Shown here piece by piece: positions 8,017 through 16,285 of a stretch of DNA of 64,000 nucleotides. The notes below the pieces were generated by a model. That model was not told the DNA's origin. It was given only the letters and a program-made list of their open reading frames with translations, and made no database searches. Position numbers and translations under genes: made by a program. The stretch lies in contig JACOXD010000004.1 in the NCBI GenBank assembly GCA_016176465.1, positions 50,119 to 114,118 on the forward strand, written 5' to 3'. The stretch's first letter is position 1; each line of letters starts with the position of its first letter. The DNA is from Candidatus Daviesbacteria bacterium. Its GTDB lineage: Bacteria; Patescibacteriota; Microgenomatia; Daviesbacterales; UBA10151.

Positions 8017-9915
8017 GTGAAATCATCTGATATTAGAAAAAAATATTTAGAATTTTTCCAAAAAAGAGGACATAAAATAATTCCCTCCTCTTCTTTAGTG
8101 CCGGAAAATGACCCGACTACTTTATTTACTGGTTCTGGAATGCAGCCGATGATTCCTTATCTTTTAGGAGAACCTCATCCAGAGGGAAAAAGAATAGTTG
8201 ATTCCCAAGTGGCTTTTAGATCCCAAGATATTGAAGAAGTAGGTGATAATCGTCATGACACTTTATTTGAGATGCTGGGTAATTGGAGCTTGGGAGACTA
8301 TTTCAAAAAAGAGCAACTAAGTTGGTATTTCGAATTTTTAACCAAGGAGTTAAACCTTGATCCAAGTAAAATTTACGTTAGTGTTTTTATTGGAGATGAA
8401 AAAAATAAACTTCCTAAAGATATTGAGTCAGCAAAGATCTGGAAGGAGCTTTTTTCCAAAAAAGGAATTGAAGCTAAAGATTTTGAATTTGGTTCAATGG
8501 AGGATGCTGCAAAAATGGGGATGAAAGATGTCAGAATTTTTTATTATGATGCTTTAAAAAATTGGTGGTCCAGAGTTGGTGAACCGGAAAACATGCCTGC
8601 TGGAGAACCGGGTGGTCCGGATTCTGAAGTATTTTATGATTTTGGTTTAGAGCATGATCCAAAGTATGGTAAATATTGCCATCCTAATTGTGACTGCTCT
8701 AGGTTTGTAGAAATTGGTAATTCGGTTTTTATGCAATATATCAAACAATCGGATGGAAGTTTTAAAGAATTACCTCATAAAAATGTTGACTTTGGAGGAG
8801 GATTGGAGCGAACTTTAATGGCTGTTAATAATGAACCAGATATGTTCAAAAACGATCTCCATTTTCCAATAATTGAAAAACTTATTAAAGATACAGGTAA
8901 TGAATATGGAAAAGATGCAAAAGCTACCTCAGCTTTTAGGATTGTTGCTGATCACTTAAAAGCGGCTACATTTTTAATAAAAAATGGCGTCACTCCATCT
9001 AACAAACAACAAGGCTATGTCTTAAGAAGATTGCTTCGAAGATCCGCTGTTAAATTATCTGATTATGACTTGGATTTTGTAGATACTTTGGCCAATCTTT
9101 CTGGAGTAGTTATTGATATCTATCAGGGGACTGATTATTTTGGCAAAGACGATAATGAAAATATTAAAAAAGTGATTATTGATGAGTTAGAAAAGTTTGA
9201 AAAAACAATCAAACATGGACTAAAAGAAATAGAGAAAATAGAGAAAATTACTGGCAAAGTTGCCTTTTACTTTTATCAGACTTTTGGTTTTCCCTTAGAG
9301 ATAACTGCAGAGGTAGCTAAAGAAAAAGGACAGGAAATTAATTTTAAAGAATTTGAAGAAGAGTATAAATTACATCAAGAATTATCTAGAACAACCTCAG
9401 CTGGTACTTTTAAAGGAGGTTTGGCAGATGCTAAAGAACAAACTACTAAACTCCATACCGCTAATCACTTAATGCAAGCTGCACTAAGACAAATTTTAGG
9501 AGAGCATGTTAGACAACACGGATCAAATATAACAGCCGAGAGACTAAGATATGATTTTTCTCATGATCAAAAATTAAGTGATGCGGAAATCAAAAAAGTT
9601 GAAAATTTAGTAAATGAACAAATCAAGAAAGATTTAAAAGTATGGTTTGATATTGAAGATAGAGACCAGGCAATTAAAGATGGCGCTTTAACGAATGTTG
9701 GCGAGAGCTATCCTGATAAGGCCAAAGTTTATAAAATTGGCACCCTGCCCAGTCATCCCGATGAGTCCACGATATCGGAATCTCTCTTCTCTAAAGAGCT
9801 CTGTGGCGGGCCACATGTGGAACATACAGGTGTAATTGGAAAATTTAAAATTCTAAAACAAGAGTCTTTAGGTGCAGGTTTAAAAAGAATTTATGCTACA
9901 ATTGACAAAATATAA
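8017..9915 (+). CDS. alaS: Alanyl-tRNA synthetase, short form lacking the C-Ala domain (GTG start)
   Basis: Class II AlaRS N-terminus; editing-domain HTANHLMQAAL (HxxxH) and CGGPHV; 632 aa. Confidence 0.9.
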   Translation: MKSSDIRKKYLEFFQKRGHKIIPSSSLVPENDPTTLFTGSGMQPMIPYLLGEPHPEGKRIVDSQVAFRSQDIEEVGDNRHDTLFEMLGNWSLGDYFKKEQLSWYFEFLTKELNLDPSKIYVSVFIGDEKNKLPKDIESAKIWKELFSKKGIEAKDFEFGSMEDAAKMGMKDVRIFYYDALKNWWSRVGEPENMPAGEPGGPDSEVFYDFGLEHDPKYGKYCHPNCDCSRFVEIGNSVFMQYIKQSDGSFKELPHKNVDFGGGLERTLMAVNNEPDMFKNDLHFPIIEKLIKDTGNEYGKDAKATSAFRIVADHLKAATFLIKNGVTPSNKQQGYVLRRLLRRSAVKLSDYDLDFVDTLANLSGVVIDIYQGTDYFGKDDNENIKKVIIDELEKFEKTIKHGLKEIEKIEKITGKVAFYFYQTFGFPLEITAEVAKEKGQEINFKEFEEEYKLHQELSRTTSAGTFKGGLADAKEQTTKLHTANHLMQAALRQILGEHVRQHGSNITAERLRYDFSHDQKLSDAEIKKVENLVNEQIKKDLKVWFDIEDRDQAIKDGALTNVGESYPDKAKVYKIGTLPSHPDESTISESLFSKELCGGPHVEHTGVIGKFKILKQESLGAGLKRIYATIDKI

Positions 9916-9937
9916 TACAATGATACAATAGTATTGT

Positions 9938-10189
9938 ATGAGTAATTATGTTACAACCAATATCAGACTTCCAGAAGAGGACTACTTAAGGCTTAAAGAA
10001 GAAGCTGCTAAAAATAGAAAAAGCCTATCAGCTGTTATTAGAGAGAAAATTAGTGGAAAAAAGCCAATTAAGGATTTTGCTAAGATGCTTTTAGAGTTAA
10101 ACACTGATTGGTTTACCGAAGAAGATTTTAAGACGTATAAGAAAAGCAGAAGGCAACTTAAGAAAAGAGTAAAATTATACGATTGGTAA
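9938..10189 (+). CDS. vapB: Ribbon-helix-helix (CopG/VapB-like) antitoxin
   Basis: N-terminal RHH TTNIRLPEEDYLRLKEEAAKNRKSLSAVIREKI; abuts the downstream PIN gene. Confidence 0.6.
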   Translation: MSNYVTTNIRLPEEDYLRLKEEAAKNRKSLSAVIREKISGKKPIKDFAKMLLELNTDWFTEEDFKTYKKSRRQLKKRVKLYDW

Positions 10190-10597
10190 ATGCAGATCCT
10201 GCTTGATACTTCAATCATTATTGATTATCTTCGTCAAAAAGATAAAAGTAAAACTCTACTTTACTTATTCGCTCATAGGCAATATAAACTTTATGTTTCT
10301 ATAGTCACTTATGCAGAAAGCTATGCTGGTAGAAGTATCTGGGAGAGAAAAGAAGCCATGAAGATCTTAGAAAATCTTTTTTCTTATATCAAGATTTTAC
10401 CTTTAGAAGAAAAAATCTCTAAAAAAGCAGGAAATATTAGCCATATAAACAATTTGGAAATTGTTGATGCCATAATTGCTGCAACAGCGCTGTCTCATAA
10501 GTTAAAGCTTGCTACATTAAATGTAAAAGATTTTAAAAAGATTAAAGGTTTAAAACTCTTTACACAAATTACATTAAAGTCCAAAGAAAAGGTGTAA
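10190..10597 (+). CDS. vapC: PIN-domain toxin VapC
   Basis: MQILLDTSIIIDYL (N-terminal Asp), DAIIAATAL, 135 aa PIN fold. Confidence 0.75.
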   Translation: MQILLDTSIIIDYLRQKDKSKTLLYLFAHRQYKLYVSIVTYAESYAGRSIWERKEAMKILENLFSYIKILPLEEKISKKAGNISHINNLEIVDAIIAATALSHKLKLATLNVKDFKKIKGLKLFTQITLKSKEKV

Positions 10598-10634
10598 ACC
10601 TAAATCACCCGGAGGGTGTTAAGAGGACTTCTTT

Positions 10635-10718
10635 ACAGGTGTAATTGGAAAATTTAAAATTATTAAACAGGAAACTTTGGGATCAGGACTTAGAAGAATC
10701 TATGCCAAGGTTTCGTGA
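10635..10718 (+). pseudogene. Orphaned duplicate of the alaS 3' end (last 28 codons), left downstream of the VapBC cassette
   Basis: 27 nt identical to alaS 9826-9852 (acaggtgtaattggaaaatttaaaatt), then a homologous in-frame tail TGVIGKFKIIKQETLGSGLRRIYAKVS*. Confidence 0.6.
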
Positions 10719-11498
10719 AATGTCCCTTCTAAGAAGCTTGGTATAGTTGATATGGTTATAAGCTCTTAATATTAATCCTGTGACTCCGGGATGATGTTTC
10801 CTTAAAAACAAATCCATAGCAGCTTTTCCATACATATACTTTACACCTGTCACAGAGCCATAATGCATAACTTCAACAGTAGGATCATAGACTAATCTTC
10901 CACCTGTCTGCCTTACTCTCATACCAAAATCATTGTCCTCCCCATACAGAAAAAAGTCAGGATCAAAACCACATAAATCATCAAACATTTTCTTATCAGT
11001 TAAAAGCATAGCCCCAGATATCCAGGCAACATCTGTTGGTTGATTATGTTCTCTCCAAACAAATCCAGATTTTGACCACCAAGTAAAATCCCCATGATCC
11101 CATGATTGGATAACTCCAGCAGGTGTAAGTAGGGCTGGACCGACCGCTTTAATATCCGTAGCTTCATCCATTCTGTCTAATAATCTAGCTACAGTTCTTG
11201 GTTGAGTAATCCTGATATCTGGATTCATAACTAAAATAGTTCTTCCAGTAGCTTGTTTTGCTAATAAGTTATGTCCTCTGGAGAATCCTAAATTCGCAGG
11301 AGAAAAAACAAAGCTAACGTTGCTATCATCCCGATATTCAGTTTCCACACCAGATAAATCATCACCTGATCCATTCTCTAAAATGCAAATGCGATAGTTA
11401 ATCCCGCTTTGAGTTAAGTCATTTGCAATATCAACCATGCTTTGGCGCAAATAATCCTTAGTATTGTAATTTATCACCTGAACTGATACTTCAATCAC
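10683..11498 (-). CDS. Family 2 glycosyltransferase (GT-A fold)
   Basis: GT2 layout with DxD-like YGEDNDFGMR, 271 aa. Confidence 0.65.
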   Translation of the reverse strand: MIEVSVQVINYNTKDYLRQSMVDIANDLTQSGINYRICILENGSGDDLSGVETEYRDDSNVSFVFSPANLGFSRGHNLLAKQATGRTILVMNPDIRITQPRTVARLLDRMDEATDIKAVGPALLTPAGVIQSWDHGDFTWWSKSGFVWREHNQPTDVAWISGAMLLTDKKMFDDLCGFDPDFFLYGEDNDFGMRVRQTGGRLVYDPTVEVMHYGSVTGVKYMYGKAAMDLFLRKHHPGVTGLILRAYNHINYTKLLRRDISRNLGIDSSKS

Positions 11499-11562
11499 GA
11501 CTGCAAAGTATAATGCCTATCAGGAGTTAATTCAACTATAAGCCTATGAAGATATGGATAAA

Positions 11563-11829
11563 TTATTTTTTATCTTTTGAATGATCAATCACTCGTTTTA
11601 GTGATGGGATCTTAAAGCGGGAGAGTAATCCAGCTACTCCAGCTGCTGCCATTTTTAATGGAGCCCCAACCCCCTCTGCTACATCCTCAGCATTTTCCAA
11701 AATTTTATTTATTCTATCTAGCGCCAGTTTTACTTGCCTTAAAAAAACGAGCAAAGCAATAGCAATAATCACAAAAATCAAAGACCAAATTGAAATTAAA
11801 ATTACTAGAGCAATTTCTAAAGCGCTCAT
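11563..11829 (-). CDS. Small membrane protein (DUF948-like: N-terminal TM plus coiled coil)
   Basis: 88 aa, one TM helix followed by a helical segment. Confidence 0.3.
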   Translation of the reverse strand: MSALEIALVILISIWSLIFVIIAIALLVFLRQVKLALDRINKILENAEDVAEGVGAPLKMAAAGVAGLLSRFKIPSLKRVIDHSKDKK

Positions 11830-12467
11830 TTATTTTTAAGTATTACTGTCCTTTCAACTTTTGCTTCCTGCCCAAATTTGGAAGTTGCAGTAATTATAAT
11901 GGTATTTGCAGATGCTGACAACTTAACCTCTTCTTTAAATTTTCCATCCGAATCTATCCCGATCTCTTGATTATTAACCATTACTTTAACTTCAGGATCA
12001 GTTTTACCCTCAACTATAACTGATGGGATATCTACTGTTTGCCCCTCTTGAGGACTTAAAACTTCTAATGTTGGTGCACCAATAAAGTGCCTGTAGGAAA
12101 TCCAAAGATAAGTAAAAAAAATTAGAACTATTAAAGTCACAACAGCAATCAAAACTCTAGATGGAGTAATCTGTAATTTTTTAGGAGATAGCGGGTTAGA
12201 AAAACTCTCCATTACTAATGGTGGATGTTTTCTGGCTTCGAAGTCTCTCCTAAAAATTGCCAGTAATTTTTCGCTATCTAACCCTAAAAATTTTCCATAG
12301 TTTTTAATAAAACCCTGGACAAAGGTAGAAGGTGGTAGTTTTTCAAAATTATCCCCCTCCAGTGCCTCTAGTAACTCTTTTCTAATTTTAGTATGTTTTT
12401 CAATATCTTCTAATGTTAAAAGTTTAGATTCTCTTATCTCTTTTAATATTTGACCAACAGTTCTCAT
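11826..12467 (-). CDS. rodZ: RodZ-like cytoskeleton protein (HTH-XRE, TM, C-terminal beta domain)
   Basis: N-terminal HTH, central TM VLIAVVTLIVLIFFTYLWI, C-terminal DUF4115-like region. Confidence 0.55.
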   Translation of the reverse strand: MRTVGQILKEIRESKLLTLEDIEKHTKIRKELLEALEGDNFEKLPPSTFVQGFIKNYGKFLGLDSEKLLAIFRRDFEARKHPPLVMESFSNPLSPKKLQITPSRVLIAVVTLIVLIFFTYLWISYRHFIGAPTLEVLSPQEGQTVDIPSVIVEGKTDPEVKVMVNNQEIGIDSDGKFKEEVKLSASANTIIITATSKFGQEAKVERTVILKNK

Positions 12468-12524
12468 AAGATCAATTGCTTCATTGGCTATTATACCTTA
12501 CAATAGCGCTCGCCAATCAAAGAA

Positions 12525-13886
12525 ATGCAACTAAAAAATCTTAAAGAAGCTCAGGAGTTTTTAGAAGAACAAATTCCTCAATCAGCAAAGTTAAAATATA
12601 TGGGTGATTGGGGATTAGAGAGGACTAAATATTTTTTAAAACTTTTAGGTAACCCTCAAGATAAAATTAAAATAATCCATGTAGCTGGAACATCAGGTAA
12701 GGGATCAACTGCACATTTAACTAGTTTAATTTTAAAAAATTTGGGATTTAAGGTGGGCTTAACAGTTTCCCCACAAATTCAGGGAATAACTGAGCGCATC
12801 CAAATTAACAATCAGTTTATTTCTGAAAAAGATTTCGTTGACACTTTAAATGAACTAGTTCCTTTTATTGAAAAAGCTAAAAAATCAAAATTTGAATCCT
12901 CTCCAAGTTACTTTGAAATCTTCACTGCTTTGGCTTATTATTTTTTTTGGAAGAAAAAAGTGGATTATGCAGTAATAGAGACAGGGTTAGGCGGATTACT
13001 TGATGCAACAAATGTTGTTAGTAATAAAAATAAAGTTTGTGTTATAACCAGAATTGGTTTAGATCATACTAAAATATTGGGTAAAAAAATTGAAGATATT
13101 GCTTTACATAAAGCGGGAATTATCCAGGAAGGAAACCAAGCTTTTTCCATTTACCAGAGTAAAAAAATTAATAAAGTATTTGAAAACCAAGCGTTAAAAA
13201 GAAATGCCAGGATAACATTGTTAAAAAAAGGAGCTAATTTTAAAAACCTTTTAGTAAATAAGACTCTCACCTCTTTTGATTTTAACTTTGAGAATACAAA
13301 GCTGAGTAATTTGAAGTTGGGTTTAGTGGGATTACATCAAGCAGAAAACTGCAGTTTATCTTTGGCAACTATTTCGTACTTAGCAAAACGGGACAATTTT
13401 AAATTTGATAAAGAAAAAACAAGAAGTGCTTTAAAGACTGCCCAATTTATTGGCCGCTTAAATCTATTTCAATTTAAAAATAGAGAGATATTAATTGATA
13501 GCGCTCATAATCCACAAAAAATGAAAAGTTTAGTATACACTTTATTAAAACTTTACCCTAATCAAAAATTAGACTTTTTAGTTGCGTATAAGAAAGAAAA
13601 AGATGTTGGCAGTATGTTAAAAATTATTTCCCCCTTGGCAAATAAAATATTTCCAACCAGTTTTAAAACAGATAATAAAGGCTGGATTTCACACTCCGAG
13701 GATCCAGCAAAATTAGCAAAAACCCTTAAAAAAATGGGCTTCAAAAATTACCAAATTATAAAAGATTGTGAGAAATTAATAGAGCAAGTTTTACCTTTAG
13801 TTGATAAAGCTTTGGTAATTACTGGTTCAATATATTTAATTTCTCAAATTTATCCAATTTTAAAAAAGACCCTTGACAATAAATAG
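12525..13886 (+). CDS. folC: Folylpolyglutamate synthase/dihydrofolate synthase (Mur ligase family)
   Basis: P-loop VAGTSGKGST, FolC-type layout, 453 aa. Confidence 0.8.
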   Translation: MQLKNLKEAQEFLEEQIPQSAKLKYMGDWGLERTKYFLKLLGNPQDKIKIIHVAGTSGKGSTAHLTSLILKNLGFKVGLTVSPQIQGITERIQINNQFISEKDFVDTLNELVPFIEKAKKSKFESSPSYFEIFTALAYYFFWKKKVDYAVIETGLGGLLDATNVVSNKNKVCVITRIGLDHTKILGKKIEDIALHKAGIIQEGNQAFSIYQSKKINKVFENQALKRNARITLLKKGANFKNLLVNKTLTSFDFNFENTKLSNLKLGLVGLHQAENCSLSLATISYLAKRDNFKFDKEKTRSALKTAQFIGRLNLFQFKNREILIDSAHNPQKMKSLVYTLLKLYPNQKLDFLVAYKKEKDVGSMLKIISPLANKIFPTSFKTDNKGWISHSEDPAKLAKTLKKMGFKNYQIIKDCEKLIEQVLPLVDKALVITGSIYLISQIYPILKKTLDNK

Positions 13887-13912
13887 CTTAAATAATAATC
13901 TTTACTCCGGCA

Positions 13913-14587
13913 ATGAAATTAAGCAAAGAAAAACTATTATTTTTACTTATTTTTTCAGTAATTGGCTTTATAACCTTACAAGTTCCGTTTACTAAACTAG
14001 CAGGATCTACTGTTTCTTTTACTTTATTTGATTTTTTTGCTCCAATTACTGGAGCATTTTTAGGCCCAGTTTTTGGAGTAACATCAGTATTAGCTGTTGA
14101 GGTTATAAATCTTTTTATTAAACATACTTATCTAACAACTGGATCTATTATTAGGTTATTCCCAATGCTATTTGCTGTTTTATATTTCTCTTTTGTCTCC
14201 AAAAAGAAACTAGGTAGTGAGAAAATCTTTATCTTTACTATCCCCCTTTTAGCAATGGCCCTGTTTATCGCCCATCCAATAGGAAGAAGTGTTTGGTATT
14301 ACTCTCTTTTTTGGTTAATTCCTTTAATTACTTTGATTAAAAAAGATAACTTATTTTTGAAAAGTTTAGGAGCCACTTTTTTTGCACACAGTGTTGGAGG
14401 TGCTTTATGGATTTGGGCATTCAACTTACCAGTATCTGTTTGGAACTCACTAATTCCAGTTGTAATTCAAGAAAGATTACTTTTTGCTCTAGGAATTGCG
14501 GGATCTTTTATCTTAGTAAAACACACGCTAAGGTTTCTGATTGAAAAAAGAATCCTTCCTAATGTATTTAAATTTAAAATTTCCTAA
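13913..14587 (+). CDS. Polytopic membrane protein; possibly a vitamin/folate transporter S-component, judged by context only
   Basis: About 6 TM helices, sits between folC and a DHFR-family reductase; no diagnostic motif. Confidence 0.25.
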   Translation: MKLSKEKLLFLLIFSVIGFITLQVPFTKLAGSTVSFTLFDFFAPITGAFLGPVFGVTSVLAVEVINLFIKHTYLTTGSIIRLFPMLFAVLYFSFVSKKKLGSEKIFIFTIPLLAMALFIAHPIGRSVWYYSLFWLIPLITLIKKDNLFLKSLGATFFAHSVGGALWIWAFNLPVSVWNSLIPVVIQERLLFALGIAGSFILVKHTLRFLIEKRILPNVFKFKIS

Positions 14588-15275
14588 ATTAAAAAATAGG
14601 CCTTTTTTTTATACCAATTTTGTCGAAACTTTAGATGGGAAAGTGCAAGTTTTAAACAAGGATAAGGAGAAATATTGGCCAATAGGAACTGATGTAGATT
14701 TAGAAGCCTTTAGGCAACTTCGGGCCAATGCAGATTTGCTAATCCATGGAAAACTTAGCGCCTTTCACTTTAGAACTGTTGATAGTTTATCTAAAGATCA
14801 TTTAAGAAATATGAGAAAAAAATTAAATAAAAATGAGTTTTTGCCATATATGATAATCAGTAATCACTCTGATGAAAGATTAATAGAATACCTAGAAAAT
14901 ACCCATGGTATTGTCCCTATTTTAGCTACCTCTCAAAAATCAAAAGTACCTGAAAAACTAACAAAAATTGTTGAAATTGTCCGCATCGGAAAAGAAGATA
15001 TTGATTTAAAAAAATTATCAGAATTTATTTTTAAAAACGGCTATAAAAATGTTTTAGTTGAAGGCGGACCAAATTTAGTGGGTTCTTTTTTAAAGATTGG
15101 TTTAATAGATGAGGTTTTCTTAACTTTAGCTCCCAAAATTTTTGGTAATTTAAAAGGTGAAACCCTAACTATGGTTGAGGGTGTTTTATTACCACCTGAT
15201 AAAATTAAAAAGCTTCATCTTCTTTCAATTAAAAAAGTTAGGGATGAAGTTTTTTTAAGGTATCGGATCATTTAG
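14541..15275 (+). CDS. RibD C-terminal/DHFR-family reductase
   Basis: VLVEGGPNLVGSFLKIGLIDEVFLTLAPKIFG matches the RibD_C/dihydrofolate-reductase-like fold. Confidence 0.6.
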   Translation: MKKESFLMYLNLKFPKLKNRPFFYTNFVETLDGKVQVLNKDKEKYWPIGTDVDLEAFRQLRANADLLIHGKLSAFHFRTVDSLSKDHLRNMRKKLNKNEFLPYMIISNHSDERLIEYLENTHGIVPILATSQKSKVPEKLTKIVEIVRIGKEDIDLKKLSEFIFKNGYKNVLVEGGPNLVGSFLKIGLIDEVFLTLAPKIFGNLKGETLTMVEGVLLPPDKIKKLHLLSIKKVRDEVFLRYRII

Positions 15276-15281
15276 ACGTAT

Positions 15282-15791
15282 CTATTTAGGCAAAGCAGTG
15301 ACAATTAATCTTTTTTGATCAAAACTGCCATCACAAGTATATAAAGTTAACTGATTTTTATCAGAAACCACCGCATCCACATCAGTTGGCAATACTTGGT
15401 GTTTTTTAGAAACTACATAAGTATAAGTTTTTTGATCATGTTCCACAATTATCTCATCCCCTATTTCAATATTTTTTAAAGGTCCAAATAAGTTTTCTTT
15501 ATTATGGGCATATAAAATTACATTTCCTTTTTCTGGAGTAGCGGAGGTAGCAAGCCAAGAAACCTTATCATCATAAAGCGTCCATTCATCATTAGAAATT
15601 ACCCCTTGGGCAATTGGTAAAGTTAAATCAAACGGTTTAAAATAAATCGCGCTCGGGGAAGTTTTTATTTGATATTGAGGATCTTCTTTTGGAAGTGGGC
15701 TGACTATTTCCTCGGCCCTAACGCTTTGCGGAGAAAATATTCTATCAGGATATAAACGGGCGACTATCAGCGAGACTATCGCTGCAGTCAT
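15282..15791 (-). CDS. Sortase family transpeptidase
   Basis: N-terminal TM, LYAHN (His) and LTLYTCDGS (TLxTC) motifs. Confidence 0.7.
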   Translation of the reverse strand: MTAAIVSLIVARLYPDRIFSPQSVRAEEIVSPLPKEDPQYQIKTSPSAIYFKPFDLTLPIAQGVISNDEWTLYDDKVSWLATSATPEKGNVILYAHNKENLFGPLKNIEIGDEIIVEHDQKTYTYVVSKKHQVLPTDVDAVVSDKNQLTLYTCDGSFDQKRLIVTALPK

Positions 15792-15819
15792 TAAAATAAA
15801 GAAGCCTTGTAAGAAAATC

Positions 15820-16227
15820 TCACTCTTCAGTTTTGCTCCTTACTATTTTTAAACCTAGCAAAATAGCTATGATCAAAACACCAAAGACTAGAATCCATTT
15901 AACAACTTCTATTTGGGCACCAGTTGCACCTAAAACTTTAGTAGCGCCTAAAACTTCTGGTTTAGCAGAGGCTGATGGGGATGGTGAAGGAGATGGAGAA
16001 GCTGCTGGATTAGCTGAAGGAGAGGGCGAAGCGCTGGGATCAGGGGTAGGTGTTGCAGATGGGGATGGAGAAACACTACCTTGAACAGGTGAGGGAGAAG
16101 GACTAGCTGAAGGAGATGCATCCTGAGCTAAAACTAAACAAGGAAAGTTTAAGTAAAAAACAGTGACAATAGCAAAAATAAATAAGCTGATAAAAGTTTG
16201 GGAGCTAAGTAGTAGTTTCTTGGGCAT
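15820..16227 (-). CDS. Ser/Pro-rich secreted protein with a C-terminal sorting-signal-like region (candidate sortase substrate)
   Basis: Signal peptide, SPSPSA repeats, then VLGATKVLGATG, hydrophobic helix and a KIVRSKTEE tail; lies adjacent to a sortase. Confidence 0.45.
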   Translation of the reverse strand: MPKKLLLSSQTFISLFIFAIVTVFYLNFPCLVLAQDASPSASPSPSPVQGSVSPSPSATPTPDPSASPSPSANPAASPSPSPSPSASAKPEVLGATKVLGATGAQIEVVKWILVFGVLIIAILLGLKIVRSKTEE

Positions 16228-16285
16228 AAAAACTACCTTCTATTTTACCATAACCTAAAAATTGCTTGATTGCAAGCAAGGAGTT

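Noticed and set aside
7796-8026. 76-aa minus-strand ORF covering the alaS upstream region
   Set aside because: It overlaps the promoter and T-box leader of alaS; the T-box core and terminator explain the sequence better than a coding gene
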